Below, piece after piece: positions 43,146 through 53,734 of a DNA stretch of 59,012 bases; the stretch's first letter is position 1, and every line of letters starts with the position of its first letter. Where the stretch lies: the NCBI GenBank assembly GCA_903893925.1, contig CAITOC010000012.1, positions 1 through 59,012 of the forward strand, written 5' to 3'. The DNA comes from Candidatus Moraniibacteriota bacterium (GTDB taxonomy: Bacteria > Patescibacteriota > Minisyncoccia > Moranbacterales > UBA1568). Position numbers and translations under genes: made by a program. The notes beneath the pieces are model-generated. The model saw only the letters and a program-made list of their open reading frames with translations. It was not told the origin of the DNA and made no database searches.

Positions 43146-44296
43146 ACGGATGATGGTTCCACGGATTCCGGAAGTTCCACTTCGGACGGGAGTAATTCGC
43201 TCCCTTCCACTTCGACGATATCGGACGAGGACCGGACCCGATCGAGCTGATCAGCCACCTTGCCGAGTCTTTTCTCGGCATCGTCGTATTTTTTGTGTGC
43301 GCTTCCGATATGTCCGCCAAGCACTTCGAACTCGCGCAGGAATTTGCCGTGCTCGACGGACAGTTTCCCGAGCTGACCCATGATCTCCTTGGCGCGCTTC
43401 TCGATCTGCATCCCCTGGAGTCCGATGGCGATCGTCTGCAGATACGAATAAAACGAGTTGGGCGACACCGGGATGACCCGCTTGCCGAAAAAGTATTCGG
43501 AAAGTCCGGTCCCGTCCTCGTCCTTGATGATGATCTCGTAGTAGATGTTCTCTGCCGGAATATACATGAGCGCGAAACCGAGCGTCCCCTCCTCGGGCAG
43601 GATATACTTCGATGCGATGGAGTCGGCGTGCTTTTTCACGTCGGAGACGAATTGTCGACGAGCGGCACGACGCTCATCGTCGCCTTTGGCCTCGATCATG
43701 CGCTTGAAGTTCTCGAGCGGGAACTTGGAATCGACACTGATGAGTCCGCCCTTGAGCCGGATAACGGCATCCACCGCCTCGCCACTCTTGAAACCGTACT
43801 GGAGCTCGAAGTGTTCCTTGGGTAGCATCTGCGACAGCAGATTCCCGAGCATAAGCTCGCCGAACCCGCCACGCATCTTGGGCGCTCGCAGGATTTCTTG
43901 AAGCGACGACACTTCCTTACCGACCTCGAAAATCTGTTTGTTGGACTCGCGGACTTCGGCAAGCGCCGCGCGGACTTCGGCAAACGACCGTGATGCGCCG
44001 TCGAGTCGGGAATCGAGACGTTTGGTATTTTCCCCAAGTCGTCGGTCAAGCGCCGTATTGAGCGTTCCGATCTGTCCCGCTACCGAAGAAGAGAACTGGT
44101 GCATTTCTTGGCTCAGACGTCGATCGAGATTTTCCATCCGGTCAAGCATGAGTTTGCGATCCTCTTCCGTACGTTGAGAAGATGTCTTTGCCGCGTTCAT
44201 GACAAAAACCGCCGCGGTCGCGACGATGACGAGTACGATGGCGATGATGATGATTGACGACATACGTACCTGTTCAATATCCCCACTCGTCGGCAA
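43142..44296 (-). CDS. rmuC: DNA recombination protein RmuC
   Basis: N-terminal TM helix plus coiled coil, then [22 protein letters not shown]...[21 protein letters not shown], the typical RmuC core. Confidence 0.85.
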   Translation of the reverse strand: MPTSGDIEQVRMSSIIIIAIVLVIVATAAVFVMNAAKTSSQRTEEDRKLMLDRMENLDRRLSQEMHQFSSSVAGQIGTLNTALDRRLGENTKRLDSRLDGASRSFAEVRAALAEVRESNKQIFEVGKEVSSLQEILRAPKMRGGFGELMLGNLLSQMLPKEHFELQYGFKSGEAVDAVIRLKGGLISVDSKFPLENFKRMIEAKGDDERRAARRQFVSDVKKHADSIASKYILPEEGTLGFALMYIPAENIYYEIIIKDEDGTGLSEYFFGKRVIPVSPNSFYSYLQTIAIGLQGMQIEKRAKEIMGQLGKLSVEHGKFLREFEVLGGHIGSAHKKYDDAEKRLGKVADQLDRVRSSSDIVEVEGSELLPSEVELPESVEPSSV

Positions 44297-44319
44297 AAAA
44301 CGACGGACGTCCCGAGAGA

Positions 44320-44925
44320 CTACTTCTTGAGTCCGGCGATGAAGCGCTTGATCTCGGGCACGCGGTTCTGGACTTCCTGGTACGGCCCTTCGAGAAACTC
44401 GATCAGGAACCGGTCAAGCATATTGAGACGATAGTGAAGCTCATCGGTATTCATGAGGACGAACCGGATTTCCCGGCCGATTTCCGCCTCCAATTTTTCC
44501 ATGGCCGACTTGAGCCGGAGTCGGTGTGCGCTGTTGATGACCAGGATCATATCGGCCTTGCTCTTGGCGTGATTCAAAAAGAGCCCGCTGATCAGGATAA
44601 GCTTCACATCACCTGCGCTCTGCAACTTCTGGAACATCCGGTGCGACACGCCTACATTCGATTTGAGCACGAGACTGCTGAGTTCCGGGAAAAATGGGAA
44701 GTCGGGACGCATCTGGTACATCTTCACCTTCTTGCGAGAACGCTCGCGCAGGAATCCCATCTTTTCCAGACGGAGAATCTCGCGAGACACTTCCACCCTC
44801 GGCAGAAGCGTCTTTGTAGCGACATCGGCGGTCGAATATTCACCCTCCGGATTCAGTACGAACAGCCGGATAAGACGGGCCCGGACTTGGGAGCCGAACA
44901 GGGATTCAAACAGGGAAAAAGACAT
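44320..44925 (-). CDS. Winged-helix (ArsR-like) domain protein
   Basis: [45 protein letters not shown]. Start set at Met12. Confidence 0.45.
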   Translation of the reverse strand: MSFSLFESLFGSQVRARLIRLFVLNPEGEYSTADVATKTLLPRVEVSREILRLEKMGFLRERSRKKVKMYQMRPDFPFFPELSSLVLKSNVGVSHRMFQKLQSAGDVKLILISGLFLNHAKSKADMILVINSAHRLRLKSAMEKLEAEIGREIRFVLMNTDELHYRLNMLDRFLIEFLEGPYQEVQNRVPEIKRFIAGLKK

Positions 44926-45054
44926 AGACTCGAAAAGTAACGGCGAACCCCCTCTCACCCTACTGTACCCGAGTGCCGACCGGAAGTCAAAAGCGCCCTA
45001 TGAAGAGCACCCTACGCGGTTAAGCCATATCCGTGCTATACTGAAAGGGTCAAT

Positions 45055-47541
45055 ATGACAGAGAAAAAACACGGCGCTCCCGAGCCGATTCCGGGTGTCA
45101 AGGTGATCGCGACCGAGATTTCGGTCGCCAGGAACCGGTCCGTCGAACCGTACATCAAAACGTTCGCCTTCTCCCCCGAAAACGTGACCCAAGAAATTCT
45201 GGGAGCACTCGTCGGGGCGTTTTCCGTTTCCGACCGATCCGAGGCATCGGCCTATACCGTGAACGTGATCGCTTCCGTCGCCCGCAAAGAATACTATGCC
45301 AATCCCCGCCGGGGAGCGATCGAGAGTTTCGAATCGACACTGCACCGGATCAATCTCGCGCTCTCCGAACTCGTAAAGAACGGCCAGACGTCGTGGATGG
45401 GGAGCCTGCACGGCACCATCGCGGTCGTCGACAAAGAAAACCTCCACTTTTCAGCGACCGGAGAAGGAAAGATTCTCCTCTTCCGAGAAGGTTCCTTGTC
45501 GGATATCGGAGACGGCCTCGCCTCGAAAGAAGCCGCCAGTCATCCTCTCAAGACCTTCCTCGAAATATCGAGTGGCCAACTTGTCCCGAACGACTGCGTG
45601 TTGCTTGCGACACCGGAACCGCTCGAACTGTTCTCCCCGCGAGACCTGGAGCGCGATGCGAACCGGTTGCTTCCGGAGCGGAAATTCATACGATTCCTCG
45701 AGACCGCGATGATAAACGACCTCCGTACCGGAGCGATCGTCGTGCTCGACGCACGCGAAGCCGAACCGACACCGGAGATCGATACGCCGGAGAAACCGAA
45801 ACGGAAACGTACCGTCAAACCGGAACCGGTCAATGCCTGGAGCGAGGAGACCTTCCGCAAGGCCGCCGAGGAACGGACCAAAGCCGTCCTCGACTCCTAC
45901 GATTCCGAAGAGGTGACCATCGTTTCCGACCACATGGAAAACAGGCCGCCGTCCTCAAGCGAGATCCGTATCCAAGGCGAGGTACTCGAGAATGTCGATG
46001 AACATCCGATGATCACCAAGGCCCGCTGGATATACGAGGATGCGGTGCATTCGTTCCGAAGCGGTATCGCCCGATCGATTCGAGATACGCGACGAAGGCG
46101 CGCTGAGGCACTCGACACACTCTCGACCGCCTCTCCTAATACGGATAATACCGAGACATCAGCCGAGCCGTCCGTCCAGATCGAGCTGACCGAAACGACG
46201 GAAGTACTGATAAAAGAAAGTTCCGCACCACAAGAAACGTCTTCAGACGGGCATCCGTCGGCATTTTCAGAAACCACGTCGCAACCGACATTCGAAGAAA
46301 CGACGAAAGAAACCGTGTTCCTGGAAATCACCGACATTCCCGCCCGACGTGAAGAACGCTCACAAGACGAACCGAGACGTAAGGTCGCCTCATCATTTGC
46401 ATCGCAGAGCTTTTCCGAACGAAGTGCGCATGTCGCGAAACTGCTTAATAAGTGTCTTTCAATCGCCACGGACAAGACCGGGGAATTCCTTTCAGCATAC
46501 GCGATACCGGCGACCAAAACGACGTTCCGGTTCCTCGGCCATGTCACTGGCATCGTCGCCAAAAAAATCGGCGCAGGCATCGTCTTCCTGTGGAGACGAT
46601 TCCTCTCCTTCCCTCCGAAGCGCCAGCTCCTGATCGCCACATTCATTGCATTTCTCCTCACCGTCTTTGGTACGGTCGTATGGAAAAGCATGCCCGAAAA
46701 AAAACCGGTCGCCCTCCCTCCGGTCATCGTCGAGACACCCGTCGTCGCCCCCTTCCCACCGATAAACGAGAAGAATGCCTCGCATGCCACTGTTTCACCA
46801 CTTTCCGCGACGAACCAAGATATCGTCACGCCGATCTTTCTCAAAAATTCGCTCTATCTCGTGACCAAGACCGGTGTCGTCGATACCGCGACCGGTACCT
46901 CATATCCCCTTCCGAAAAATTCGGGTACCGTCCACCTCGCATCCGGCATGAAAGACCTCGGATTCATCTTCCTCCTCACGGAACAGGGAGATCTCTATTC
47001 GTTCGCGGTTTCGAATCATGCTTTCGTCAAAAACACGATCCCTTTCCCTACCGGGTTCAAAGCCGTATCGATAGGAAGCTACCTCACCTATCTCTACTTC
47101 CTCGAAGCCGGCACCGGCAAGGTCTACCGGTATCCGCGGGCTGATAACGGCTTCGGCACGGGCGTACTGTGGACCAAAACCGCGATGTCCCCGAGTACCC
47201 ATGCCATCTCGGTCAGCGAAAATATCTACGGCACCGACGGATCGACCCTCACCTCGTTCCTCAAAGGGAAACCGTCCGGCGGATTCTCCCCCGAAAATCC
47301 GACTTCGCTACTCACGATTACCGCCATCTGCGCGAATCCCGACCTCGCCGATCGGATCGCGATACTCGACGCACCCGCGAAACGACTTATCATCGATAGC
47401 GGCAATGGCATGATCGTTTCCCAACTCTTCGACGAATCCCTCGCCTCGGCGACGTCTTGTGCGATCAACCAGGACGGTTCTTCCGTCGCCGTCTCCGGCG
47501 GTACCACGGCTGAAACGCTTCGCATCGAAACGAACAGATGA
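45055..47541 (+). CDS. Large hypothetical protein with a single central TM helix
   Basis: 828 aa. The TM helix is LLIATFIAFLLTVFGTVVW, and the C-terminal ~270 aa are beta-rich. No motif recognised. Confidence 0.55.
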   Translation: MTEKKHGAPEPIPGVKVIATEISVARNRSVEPYIKTFAFSPENVTQEILGALVGAFSVSDRSEASAYTVNVIASVARKEYYANPRRGAIESFESTLHRINLALSELVKNGQTSWMGSLHGTIAVVDKENLHFSATGEGKILLFREGSLSDIGDGLASKEAASHPLKTFLEISSGQLVPNDCVLLATPEPLELFSPRDLERDANRLLPERKFIRFLETAMINDLRTGAIVVLDAREAEPTPEIDTPEKPKRKRTVKPEPVNAWSEETFRKAAEERTKAVLDSYDSEEVTIVSDHMENRPPSSSEIRIQGEVLENVDEHPMITKARWIYEDAVHSFRSGIARSIRDTRRRRAEALDTLSTASPNTDNTETSAEPSVQIELTETTEVLIKESSAPQETSSDGHPSAFSETTSQPTFEETTKETVFLEITDIPARREERSQDEPRRKVASSFASQSFSERSAHVAKLLNKCLSIATDKTGEFLSAYAIPATKTTFRFLGHVTGIVAKKIGAGIVFLWRRFLSFPPKRQLLIATFIAFLLTVFGTVVWKSMPEKKPVALPPVIVETPVVAPFPPINEKNASHATVSPLSATNQDIVTPIFLKNSLYLVTKTGVVDTATGTSYPLPKNSGTVHLASGMKDLGFIFLLTEQGDLYSFAVSNHAFVKNTIPFPTGFKAVSIGSYLTYLYFLEAGTGKVYRYPRADNGFGTGVLWTKTAMSPSTHAISVSENIYGTDGSTLTSFLKGKPSGGFSPENPTSLLTITAICANPDLADRIAILDAPAKRLIIDSGNGMIVSQLFDESLASATSCAINQDGSSVAVSGGTTAETLRIETNR

Positions 47542-47572
47542 TCTCGATAGGATGGATCGTTCTCAATAAATC

Positions 47573-47666
47573 ATACCAAACGAACTGAATCACTGTTACG
47601 TTCAGGAGTTCGCCCCGGCATTCGCGGGGCGAACTCTTCTGGTAGCGATAGACAACACATCAAGTT
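47573..47666 (-). repeat. Family-1 REP/MITE-like repeat, copy 3 (inverted)
   Basis: Reverse complement aligns with copies 1 and 2 over ~94 nt. Hairpin at 47606..47636. Confidence 0.85.
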
Positions 47667-47829
47667 GTCTCGGTATGAGAAATGGAAAACGAGTACTGGA
47701 ATGAGTGATGAATCGAGTATGAATGAATTATTTATTTCAGATTTACGTATAACTGAGTATATCGTGGTGAGATTTGAGATAGATACTTAGCATACGCTCT
47801 CCCGAGCGCTAAAGAAGTTCGGCCATATC

Positions 47830-47866
47830 AAAAGAACGCCTGGCGGGTGCCGAGGCGTTCTTGTTT
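47830..47866. terminator. Terminator-like hairpin
   Basis: aagaacgcc...ggcgttctt with an A4 tract before and TTGTTT after. It could end the rplY transcript on the minus strand. Confidence 0.5.
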
Positions 47867-47880
47867 CCGCAAAAGAAAAT

Positions 47881-48001
47881 CGGGAGCCTGATTTCCGGAT
47901 GGAGCTCGGAATCCGCGGGCAAGCCCGTTTCATCCGTTTTACCTCGGCCGGCGTAGGAGGGGTGACCGGCTTTCAGCCTCCAGCCGGAAATCAGGATCCC
48001 G
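47881..48001. other. 121-nt long-stem structured element (candidate ncRNA)
   Basis: 24-position closing helix with 2 mismatches (47881..47904 vs 47978..48001) enclosing two local hairpins (cgggc-aa-gcccg; gccgg...ccggc). It lies between the rplY stop and the terminator-like hairpin. Confidence 0.3.
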
Positions 48002-48058
48002 ACTTCAAACTCTTTCCATGGTAGCGGTCCCAGACGGATCAGTCAAGGGAGAGGATTG

Positions 48059-48721
48059 CTATTTTTTCACTTCCTCGACCGGCTCTTCAGCCGGCTTGCC
48101 AGCCTTCTCGACCTTGGTCACGTCGGCCTCGACCTTCTCGTCGAGTTCGGCCATCTGCGCCTCGGTACGCGGTGCCTCGACAAGCGCGATAACCGTATCC
48201 GCATCACCCTCAATCGTCACACCCTTCGGCAACACGATGTCCCCGACCTTGATCACATCATCGAATGTCTTCAGCAATCCGAGGTCGATTTCGAGCGTAT
48301 GAGGAAGGTCGGCCGGAAGTGCCGTGACATCCACTTCGTCGCTCGCCTTGATGAGCACGCCACCAAGCTCGGCGACCGCTGGAGACACGCCGACAAACGC
48401 AAACGGAACGGTCGCTTCGATTGCCTCGTCCATGCGGACCTGGAAAAAATCAGCATGCGTATACCGGTTCGTCAGAGGATGCATCTGTGTCTCCTTGACC
48501 AAGACGTTCACCGGTTTGCCACCATCGACGGACAGTGCGATGATCGTGTTCTCGCCTGCAATCTTGAAAGCCCGTGCAAAATCGCGACTCTCGAGCGCGA
48601 TGTTCTTCGGATCGATGCCGCGACCGAAGAGGGTCGCCGGGATGGAGCCACCGTTTCGCAGGGTCTGCAGTTTGTGTCCCGCCTCGCGGACGGTCGCCTT
48701 CAGTGTGATGATGTCGGACAT
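48059..48721 (-). CDS. rplY: 50S ribosomal protein L25/Ctc form
   Basis: LRNGGSIPATLFGRG...THADFFQV core plus an acidic C-terminal extension. Confidence 0.9.
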   Translation of the reverse strand: MSDIITLKATVREAGHKLQTLRNGGSIPATLFGRGIDPKNIALESRDFARAFKIAGENTIIALSVDGGKPVNVLVKETQMHPLTNRYTHADFFQVRMDEAIEATVPFAFVGVSPAVAELGGVLIKASDEVDVTALPADLPHTLEIDLGLLKTFDDVIKVGDIVLPKGVTIEGDADTVIALVEAPRTEAQMAELDEKVEADVTKVEKAGKPAEEPVEEVKK

Positions 48722-48761
48722 AGTCTTGAATATGAATCGATATTATACTTCCGATGGAAAA

Positions 48762-49094
48762 TCAGTGTTTTTCCGGGAAACAATCCCTTGCCCCACCGTG
48801 GAACCCTTTGAGGAACCGGTGTGCGGAAAGCGTATCGTCGGTCGAAACCGGCTCGCTCCCGTAGAATTTCCGGACCTCCTCGCGGGAAAGATCGGTCAGC
48901 AACCCGAAGCTCGCCGCGCCCATCTTCCCGAGTGAAACGAAGACAAGCGAAGAAATGCCGCACGATTCGCAGGCGATATGCAACACCGTCTTGCGGTCAT
49001 CCTCCGACAAGAGTACGACCTTGCCCGGATCGTATTTCTTCTGGCAGACCGGGCAACGAAGGAGTGGCTTCAGGTTTTCCAGAGAATGTCCCAT
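48762..49094 (-). CDS. Zinc-ribbon-containing hypothetical protein
   Basis: CPVCQKKY...CESCG (CxxC...CxxC). Start set at Met20. Confidence 0.45.
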   Translation of the reverse strand: MGHSLENLKPLLRCPVCQKKYDPGKVVLLSEDDRKTVLHIACESCGISSLVFVSLGKMGAASFGLLTDLSREEVRKFYGSEPVSTDDTLSAHRFLKGFHGGARDCFPEKH

Positions 49095-49200
49095 AGCCTT
49101 CGGAAAAATTGCAAAAAAAGAACCTCGGAAAACGTTCCATGATGATAACACGGCGCCATCCGCTCGTCAATCCCGATCAGAAACGTCAAAAAACGGAACC

Positions 49201-51252
49201 CTAGACGTCGAGGTTCGTGACCGTCTTGGCGTAGGTCTGGATGAACTTGCGTCGCGGTTCGACGTCGTTGCCCATCAGGATGTCGAAGAGCTCATCGGCG
49301 GCCTCCGCATCCTCGATCTTCACCTGAAGCATGAGCCGGCTCGCCGGGTTCATAGTCGTCTCCCAGAGCTGTTCCGGGTTCATTTCTCCGAGACCTTTGT
49401 AGCGCTGAATGGACACACCGCCGATTTTCTCCTCCCCTTCCGACGGGGCATCATCGACAGTCTCCTCATCACTCTCCTCGACTTTCTTCACGACAACCGG
49501 TTTTCCCTTCTTCTCCGCACGTGCCTCGGCATCCTTCCGTATCTCCTCAAGTATCTTCATCTTCTCGTCGTCGTTGTAGGCGTAACGGACCGTCTTGCCT
49601 TTCTGCAGGCGATAGAGCGGTGGCTGGGCGATATAGATATTGCCGTTACGCACCAACTCCTCGTAGTAGCGGTAGAAGAACGTGAGGAGGAGTGTCCGGA
49701 TATGCGAACCGTCGACGTCGGCATCCGCCATGATGATAATCTTGCCGTAGCGGAGCCGGGTAATGTCGAATGTCTCGCCGATACCGACTCCGAGTGCGAT
49801 GATGATCGGCTTGAGCGTATCGGATTTCACGACCTTGTCGAGCGTGGTCTTCTCCACGTTCACGAGCTTGCCACGAAGCGGAAGTATAGCCTGAAACTCG
49901 CGGTTCCGACCCTGTTTGGCCGAGCCACCTGCGGAGTCGCCCTCCACGATGTAGAGCTCGGAACGCATCGTGTCCTTGGTCGAACAGTCTGCCAGCTTGC
50001 CCGGGAGTGTCATGCCTTCGAGTGCACCTTTGCGGATGACCGCGTCTTTGGCGGCACGCGCCGCGATGCGGGCCCGGACCGTGAGAAGGCACTTGTCGAG
50101 AATCGCACGTGCGTCGGCCGGCCGGGTCTCGAGGTATTCCGCAAGTCCTTCCGAGAGCGCTGATGAAACGATACCGCGAACCTCGCTGTTGCCGAGTTTT
50201 GCCTTGGTCTGGCCCTCGAACTGCGGATTCGGCAATTTGACGGAAATGACCGCGGTCAGTCCCTCGCGCAAATCATCCGCCGTCATCGCACCGTCTTTTT
50301 CCTTGAGAAGGCCGTTCTTCTTGGCATAATCGTTGAGGACCCTGGTAAGCGCCATCTTGAACCCGGTCACGTGCATACCCCCCTCGGGATTGAAGATATT
50401 GTTCGCGAACGCGAAAAGGTGTTCCTTGTAGCTGTCGGTATATTGAAGCGAAATCTCGACGTAGACGCCGTCGATCGTCTTCTCGATATAGACCGGCACT
50501 TCGTTCTTGACATCGCGACGACGGTTCAGGAATTTGACGAACGAGATGATGCCCGAATCGAAGTAGAACCCGTAGCGCTTCGCAAGGTGTGCGCTCCCGG
50601 GAGCATCCGCCTCGCGCAGGTCCTCGACCTGGATACGGACACCCTTGGTGAGATATGCCTGATACCGGAGGTATTCGAGGATTTTCTCCCAACCGTATTC
50701 GATTTCCGGGAAAATTTCCGAGTCCGCCTTGAACGTGATAGTCGTACCGGTATCCGTCGCCTTACCGATCGGTTTCACCGACCCTTGGGGGATACCGCGC
50801 TTGAATTCCTGCATCCAGAGTTTCCCTTCACGACGCACGGTCACACGGGTCCATTCGGACAAGGCGTTCACGACCGAGACACCGACACCGTGGAGTCCGC
50901 CGGAAATCTTGTACCCGTCACCACCGAACTTGCCACCGGCATGCAAGACGGTGAGTACTGTTTCGAGGGTGGATTTTTTCGTCTGCGGATGGATCTCGAC
51001 CGGGATGCCACGACCATTATCCTCGACTTCGACGACATTGTCCGGCAAGAGACGAATCTGGACTTCGGTACAATACCCGGCCATCGCCTCATCGATCGAG
51101 TTGTTCACGATCTCCCAGACAAGGTGATGCAAGCCCTCGGTCGAGGTGCCTCCGATATACATGCCCGGACGCTTGCGGACCGGGTCGAGCCCTTCGAGCA
51201 CCTGGATGGATTTCGCCCCGTAGTTTGATTTTTCCGCGTCTTTCTTTGCCAT
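49201..51252 (-). CDS. gyrB: DNA gyrase subunit B
   Basis: GHKL ATPase (LEGLDPVRKRPGMYIG, DNGRGIP), Toprim (EGDSAGG, PLRGK) and the C-terminal QRYKGLGEM. Confidence 0.97.
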   Translation of the reverse strand: MAKKDAEKSNYGAKSIQVLEGLDPVRKRPGMYIGGTSTEGLHHLVWEIVNNSIDEAMAGYCTEVQIRLLPDNVVEVEDNGRGIPVEIHPQTKKSTLETVLTVLHAGGKFGGDGYKISGGLHGVGVSVVNALSEWTRVTVRREGKLWMQEFKRGIPQGSVKPIGKATDTGTTITFKADSEIFPEIEYGWEKILEYLRYQAYLTKGVRIQVEDLREADAPGSAHLAKRYGFYFDSGIISFVKFLNRRRDVKNEVPVYIEKTIDGVYVEISLQYTDSYKEHLFAFANNIFNPEGGMHVTGFKMALTRVLNDYAKKNGLLKEKDGAMTADDLREGLTAVISVKLPNPQFEGQTKAKLGNSEVRGIVSSALSEGLAEYLETRPADARAILDKCLLTVRARIAARAAKDAVIRKGALEGMTLPGKLADCSTKDTMRSELYIVEGDSAGGSAKQGRNREFQAILPLRGKLVNVEKTTLDKVVKSDTLKPIIIALGVGIGETFDITRLRYGKIIIMADADVDGSHIRTLLLTFFYRYYEELVRNGNIYIAQPPLYRLQKGKTVRYAYNDDEKMKILEEIRKDAEARAEKKGKPVVVKKVEESDEETVDDAPSEGEEKIGGVSIQRYKGLGEMNPEQLWETTMNPASRLMLQVKIEDAEAADELFDILMGNDVEPRRKFIQTYAKTVTNLDV

Positions 51253-51320
51253 AACGGTAGTATGTCGTCGGAATTATAGTTGATTGATGTTTTTGAAAAC
51301 CGTCTTGGCTCCCTTTCCGG

Positions 51321-51695
51321 TCACGATACTATCTTCCGTGCCGTGAACTCGATAAGGAGCGCCGCCGCAAACCCGAGGAGCGCGTTCCACCAGGCAAGCA
51401 TGCCGAACCGCGACAGCCCGAGGAGAGAGACAACGTACGCGGACAGGATGAATCCCTGTCGGAACAGCGTATGAAACGATGCTGACGCGCTCATCTCACC
51501 GAGAAACCGGGAAGCGAGTCCGACAAGCACGACGGTGAACAGTCCCGTCAGAAACGAGAACATCGTCCCGAGAAACAATGCGATCCCAACGATGCCGGCA
51601 ACACCCGGGTCAACCAGAAACAGCACCGCGGTCCATGAGACGAACGAGAGGGCGGTAAAAAAACGGACCCCGAAAAGGAGTTTTTGGAATGTCAT
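51321..51695 (-). CDS. Small membrane protein
   Basis: 124 aa with 4 hydrophobic helices. Confidence 0.5.
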   Translation of the reverse strand: MTFQKLLFGVRFFTALSFVSWTAVLFLVDPGVAGIVGIALFLGTMFSFLTGLFTVVLVGLASRFLGEMSASASFHTLFRQGFILSAYVVSLLGLSRFGMLAWWNALLGFAAALLIEFTARKIVS

Positions 51696-52057
51696 AGGTT
51701 CCCTCTATTTTCTCCCATGTATTCCGCCATGAAAATCGAGATGAGGCATGGAACAATCCGACATCCCGAGCCATCATCTTCCTTTCTATGATAGCGTGTT
51801 TCTTCAATATTGGCAAACGGGAAATCACCACTTTTAATGGCTTATATAAGGCATTAAAATGGTATGAAATCGGAAAGATACGACGAACGGCACTCCACAC
51901 ATAACCAAAAAATCAAACTTTCGACGAAGGCGGGGTTTCGAGGACCCGGCCGTCTTTCACATTCCTTTCTGTTTTCTGTTTTTCCACTCCTTCCACGCTT
52001 TCGACTTTCGACTTGTGACTCTTTTTCGCATTTTGTAATCCTTCGCGCGACGAAGGA

Positions 52058-53569
52058 CTAGAACCACGGCTGTATCTCGGTCCAATTCAGATTGCAGGAA
52101 CGGGTTCCTAAAGCATCAAGAGTGACTCCGACCGTACAATCATGAACTTTTCCACATTGGTTTGTAACCTTCCACGCAGTCTCGCCGGAACAATGATTTG
52201 CATTACTGCAATCATATACGCACCATACATGACAAGAAGCATCACTTCCGCCATTCTGACCACGACATGTCCAGGTCCAATCGGGTGTTTGATAGGTAGT
52301 ATCGATAATATCGGCAGAAGCAGGCGTTCCCACGAGAATACCGTCGGTACAGAGTCCGTTTGGAACAGCAGGAGCGACCGGAGCTATCGTCGAGGGTTTA
52401 TATGTATTTGGTTTATTAGTAGCAGGGTTGTCGCTCGGAGTGGAGGCGGAGCCGCAAATACCGTTTGCCAGTCTCGGCGAGTTACAGGAACTATCCGACC
52501 CTCCGTTCAACCCGTAGCAGGTCCAATTCCATTTGAAGTTCCCCAAAGGCAAACTGGATGGAACTGAATTAGACGGAGTCCAGCCCGTCGCAGAAGTACA
52601 CAGGTTGCCACTCGGAGTGAATAAGGTCGCCGTCGACTGTGCGGATCCGCACTGTGCATCTATCTTCCTTGGAGCAGAACACGACGTTGCATACATTCCG
52701 TAATTCGTCGAGCATGACCAAGAAAATGGTCCGGTGGACGGAGCTGAGACGGATCCGGAATATGTCCCAACCGAGCAGAATCCCGAGGCTGGTGCTGTAT
52801 AGGTACTGACGCCATTCGCCGGACCGCAGACCGGAGGCGTCACTGATGCCGAACAAGAAACTGCGCTCCCGCCATTAACGCCGGAGCAGGTCCATGCGTA
52901 AGGACCGTACGCAGGGTCCGACACGCCGGACTTACTACCGACCGAACAAAGGCCGGCCGTAGGTGGCGTCAGGAAACTTCCTCCATTCGAAGGACCGCAG
53001 ACACCATTGCGCGCCCATTGGGCGCTGCAACCGGCATTGGATCCTCCAGGACTGCCATAGCAGGACCATGTCCACGGACCCGAAGCCCCGGGACCCGAAA
53101 CGGCAGAAGCGCTCCCACTGCTACACAGACCCGAAGAAGGAGCGTTATATGAGCTCCCTCCGTTCGCGGAGCCACAGGAACCACTCACTATTACCACGGT
53201 GATATTGATGCATGCTTGAGCAGTATATTCTCCACCAAAACCATCTCCCTGATGACAAGTAGCATAATATGTCGTAGAGCTCATGGGATAGAAGGTTCCA
53301 ACTGATCCGCTTACGGAAGAGGAATTTTCGCAACTGGCAGAAAGAGTCACTGGATCACCGGAGATGATCGTATCTGCACTCGAAGAATAGTTGAGACCAA
53401 CGGAAGGGATTTGACCCCATGAGACCGTAAGGCCATATCCCCAGGTTGGCGGGATAGTCGCCGATCCGGTATAACTGCTACAAGCGTCCGCCCAAACTAT
53501 CATCGGGAAAACAAACACGGACAGGCATGACAACCCAAACGCCACTGAAAAAAGCGCTCTTGTTTTCAT
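52058..53569 (-). CDS. Secreted Cys-rich protein with five tandem 4-Cys repeats
   Basis: Signal peptide MKTRALFSVAFGLSCLSVFVFPMIVWADA (alternative start 53644). The repeat pattern CG-x-(A/S)NG...P...LC..G...W.W.C.G.NGG....C occurs 5 times, followed by a terminal 6-Cys knot. Confidence 0.7.
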   Translation of the reverse strand: MKTRALFSVAFGLSCLSVFVFPMIVWADACSSYTGSATIPPTWGYGLTVSWGQIPSVGLNYSSSADTIISGDPVTLSASCENSSSVSGSVGTFYPMSSTTYYATCHQGDGFGGEYTAQACINITVVIVSGSCGSANGGSSYNAPSSGLCSSGSASAVSGPGASGPWTWSCYGSPGGSNAGCSAQWARNGVCGPSNGGSFLTPPTAGLCSVGSKSGVSDPAYGPYAWTCSGVNGGSAVSCSASVTPPVCGPANGVSTYTAPASGFCSVGTYSGSVSAPSTGPFSWSCSTNYGMYATSCSAPRKIDAQCGSAQSTATLFTPSGNLCTSATGWTPSNSVPSSLPLGNFKWNWTCYGLNGGSDSSCNSPRLANGICGSASTPSDNPATNKPNTYKPSTIAPVAPAVPNGLCTDGILVGTPASADIIDTTYQTPDWTWTCRGQNGGSDASCHVWCVYDCSNANHCSGETAWKVTNQCGKVHDCTVGVTLDALGTRSCNLNWTEIQPWF

Positions 53570-53734
53570 GCTGTTTTGCGAGACGACGTTCTTCTCGAAG
53601 GAGGCCAACCCTGACAAACGGACAGGCACCGATGTGTATTTCATGCCTCTTCACTTAAAGGGAGTGCGGGGAAAACGCACCCAACGCACCGTATTCAGTA
53701 TACTACGATACCATCCCGAAACAAAATGATTCCA

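Noticed and set aside
47700-48058. tmRNA, RNase P RNA or SRP RNA downstream of rplY
   Set aside because: GGGGTGACCGG superficially resembles a tmRNA 5' end, but the required 3' tRNA-like end would fall inside rplY. No GAGGAAAGTCC or ACAGAA RNase P blocks and no SRP GGAA/AGCA apical motif were found. It is kept only as an unclassified structured element.
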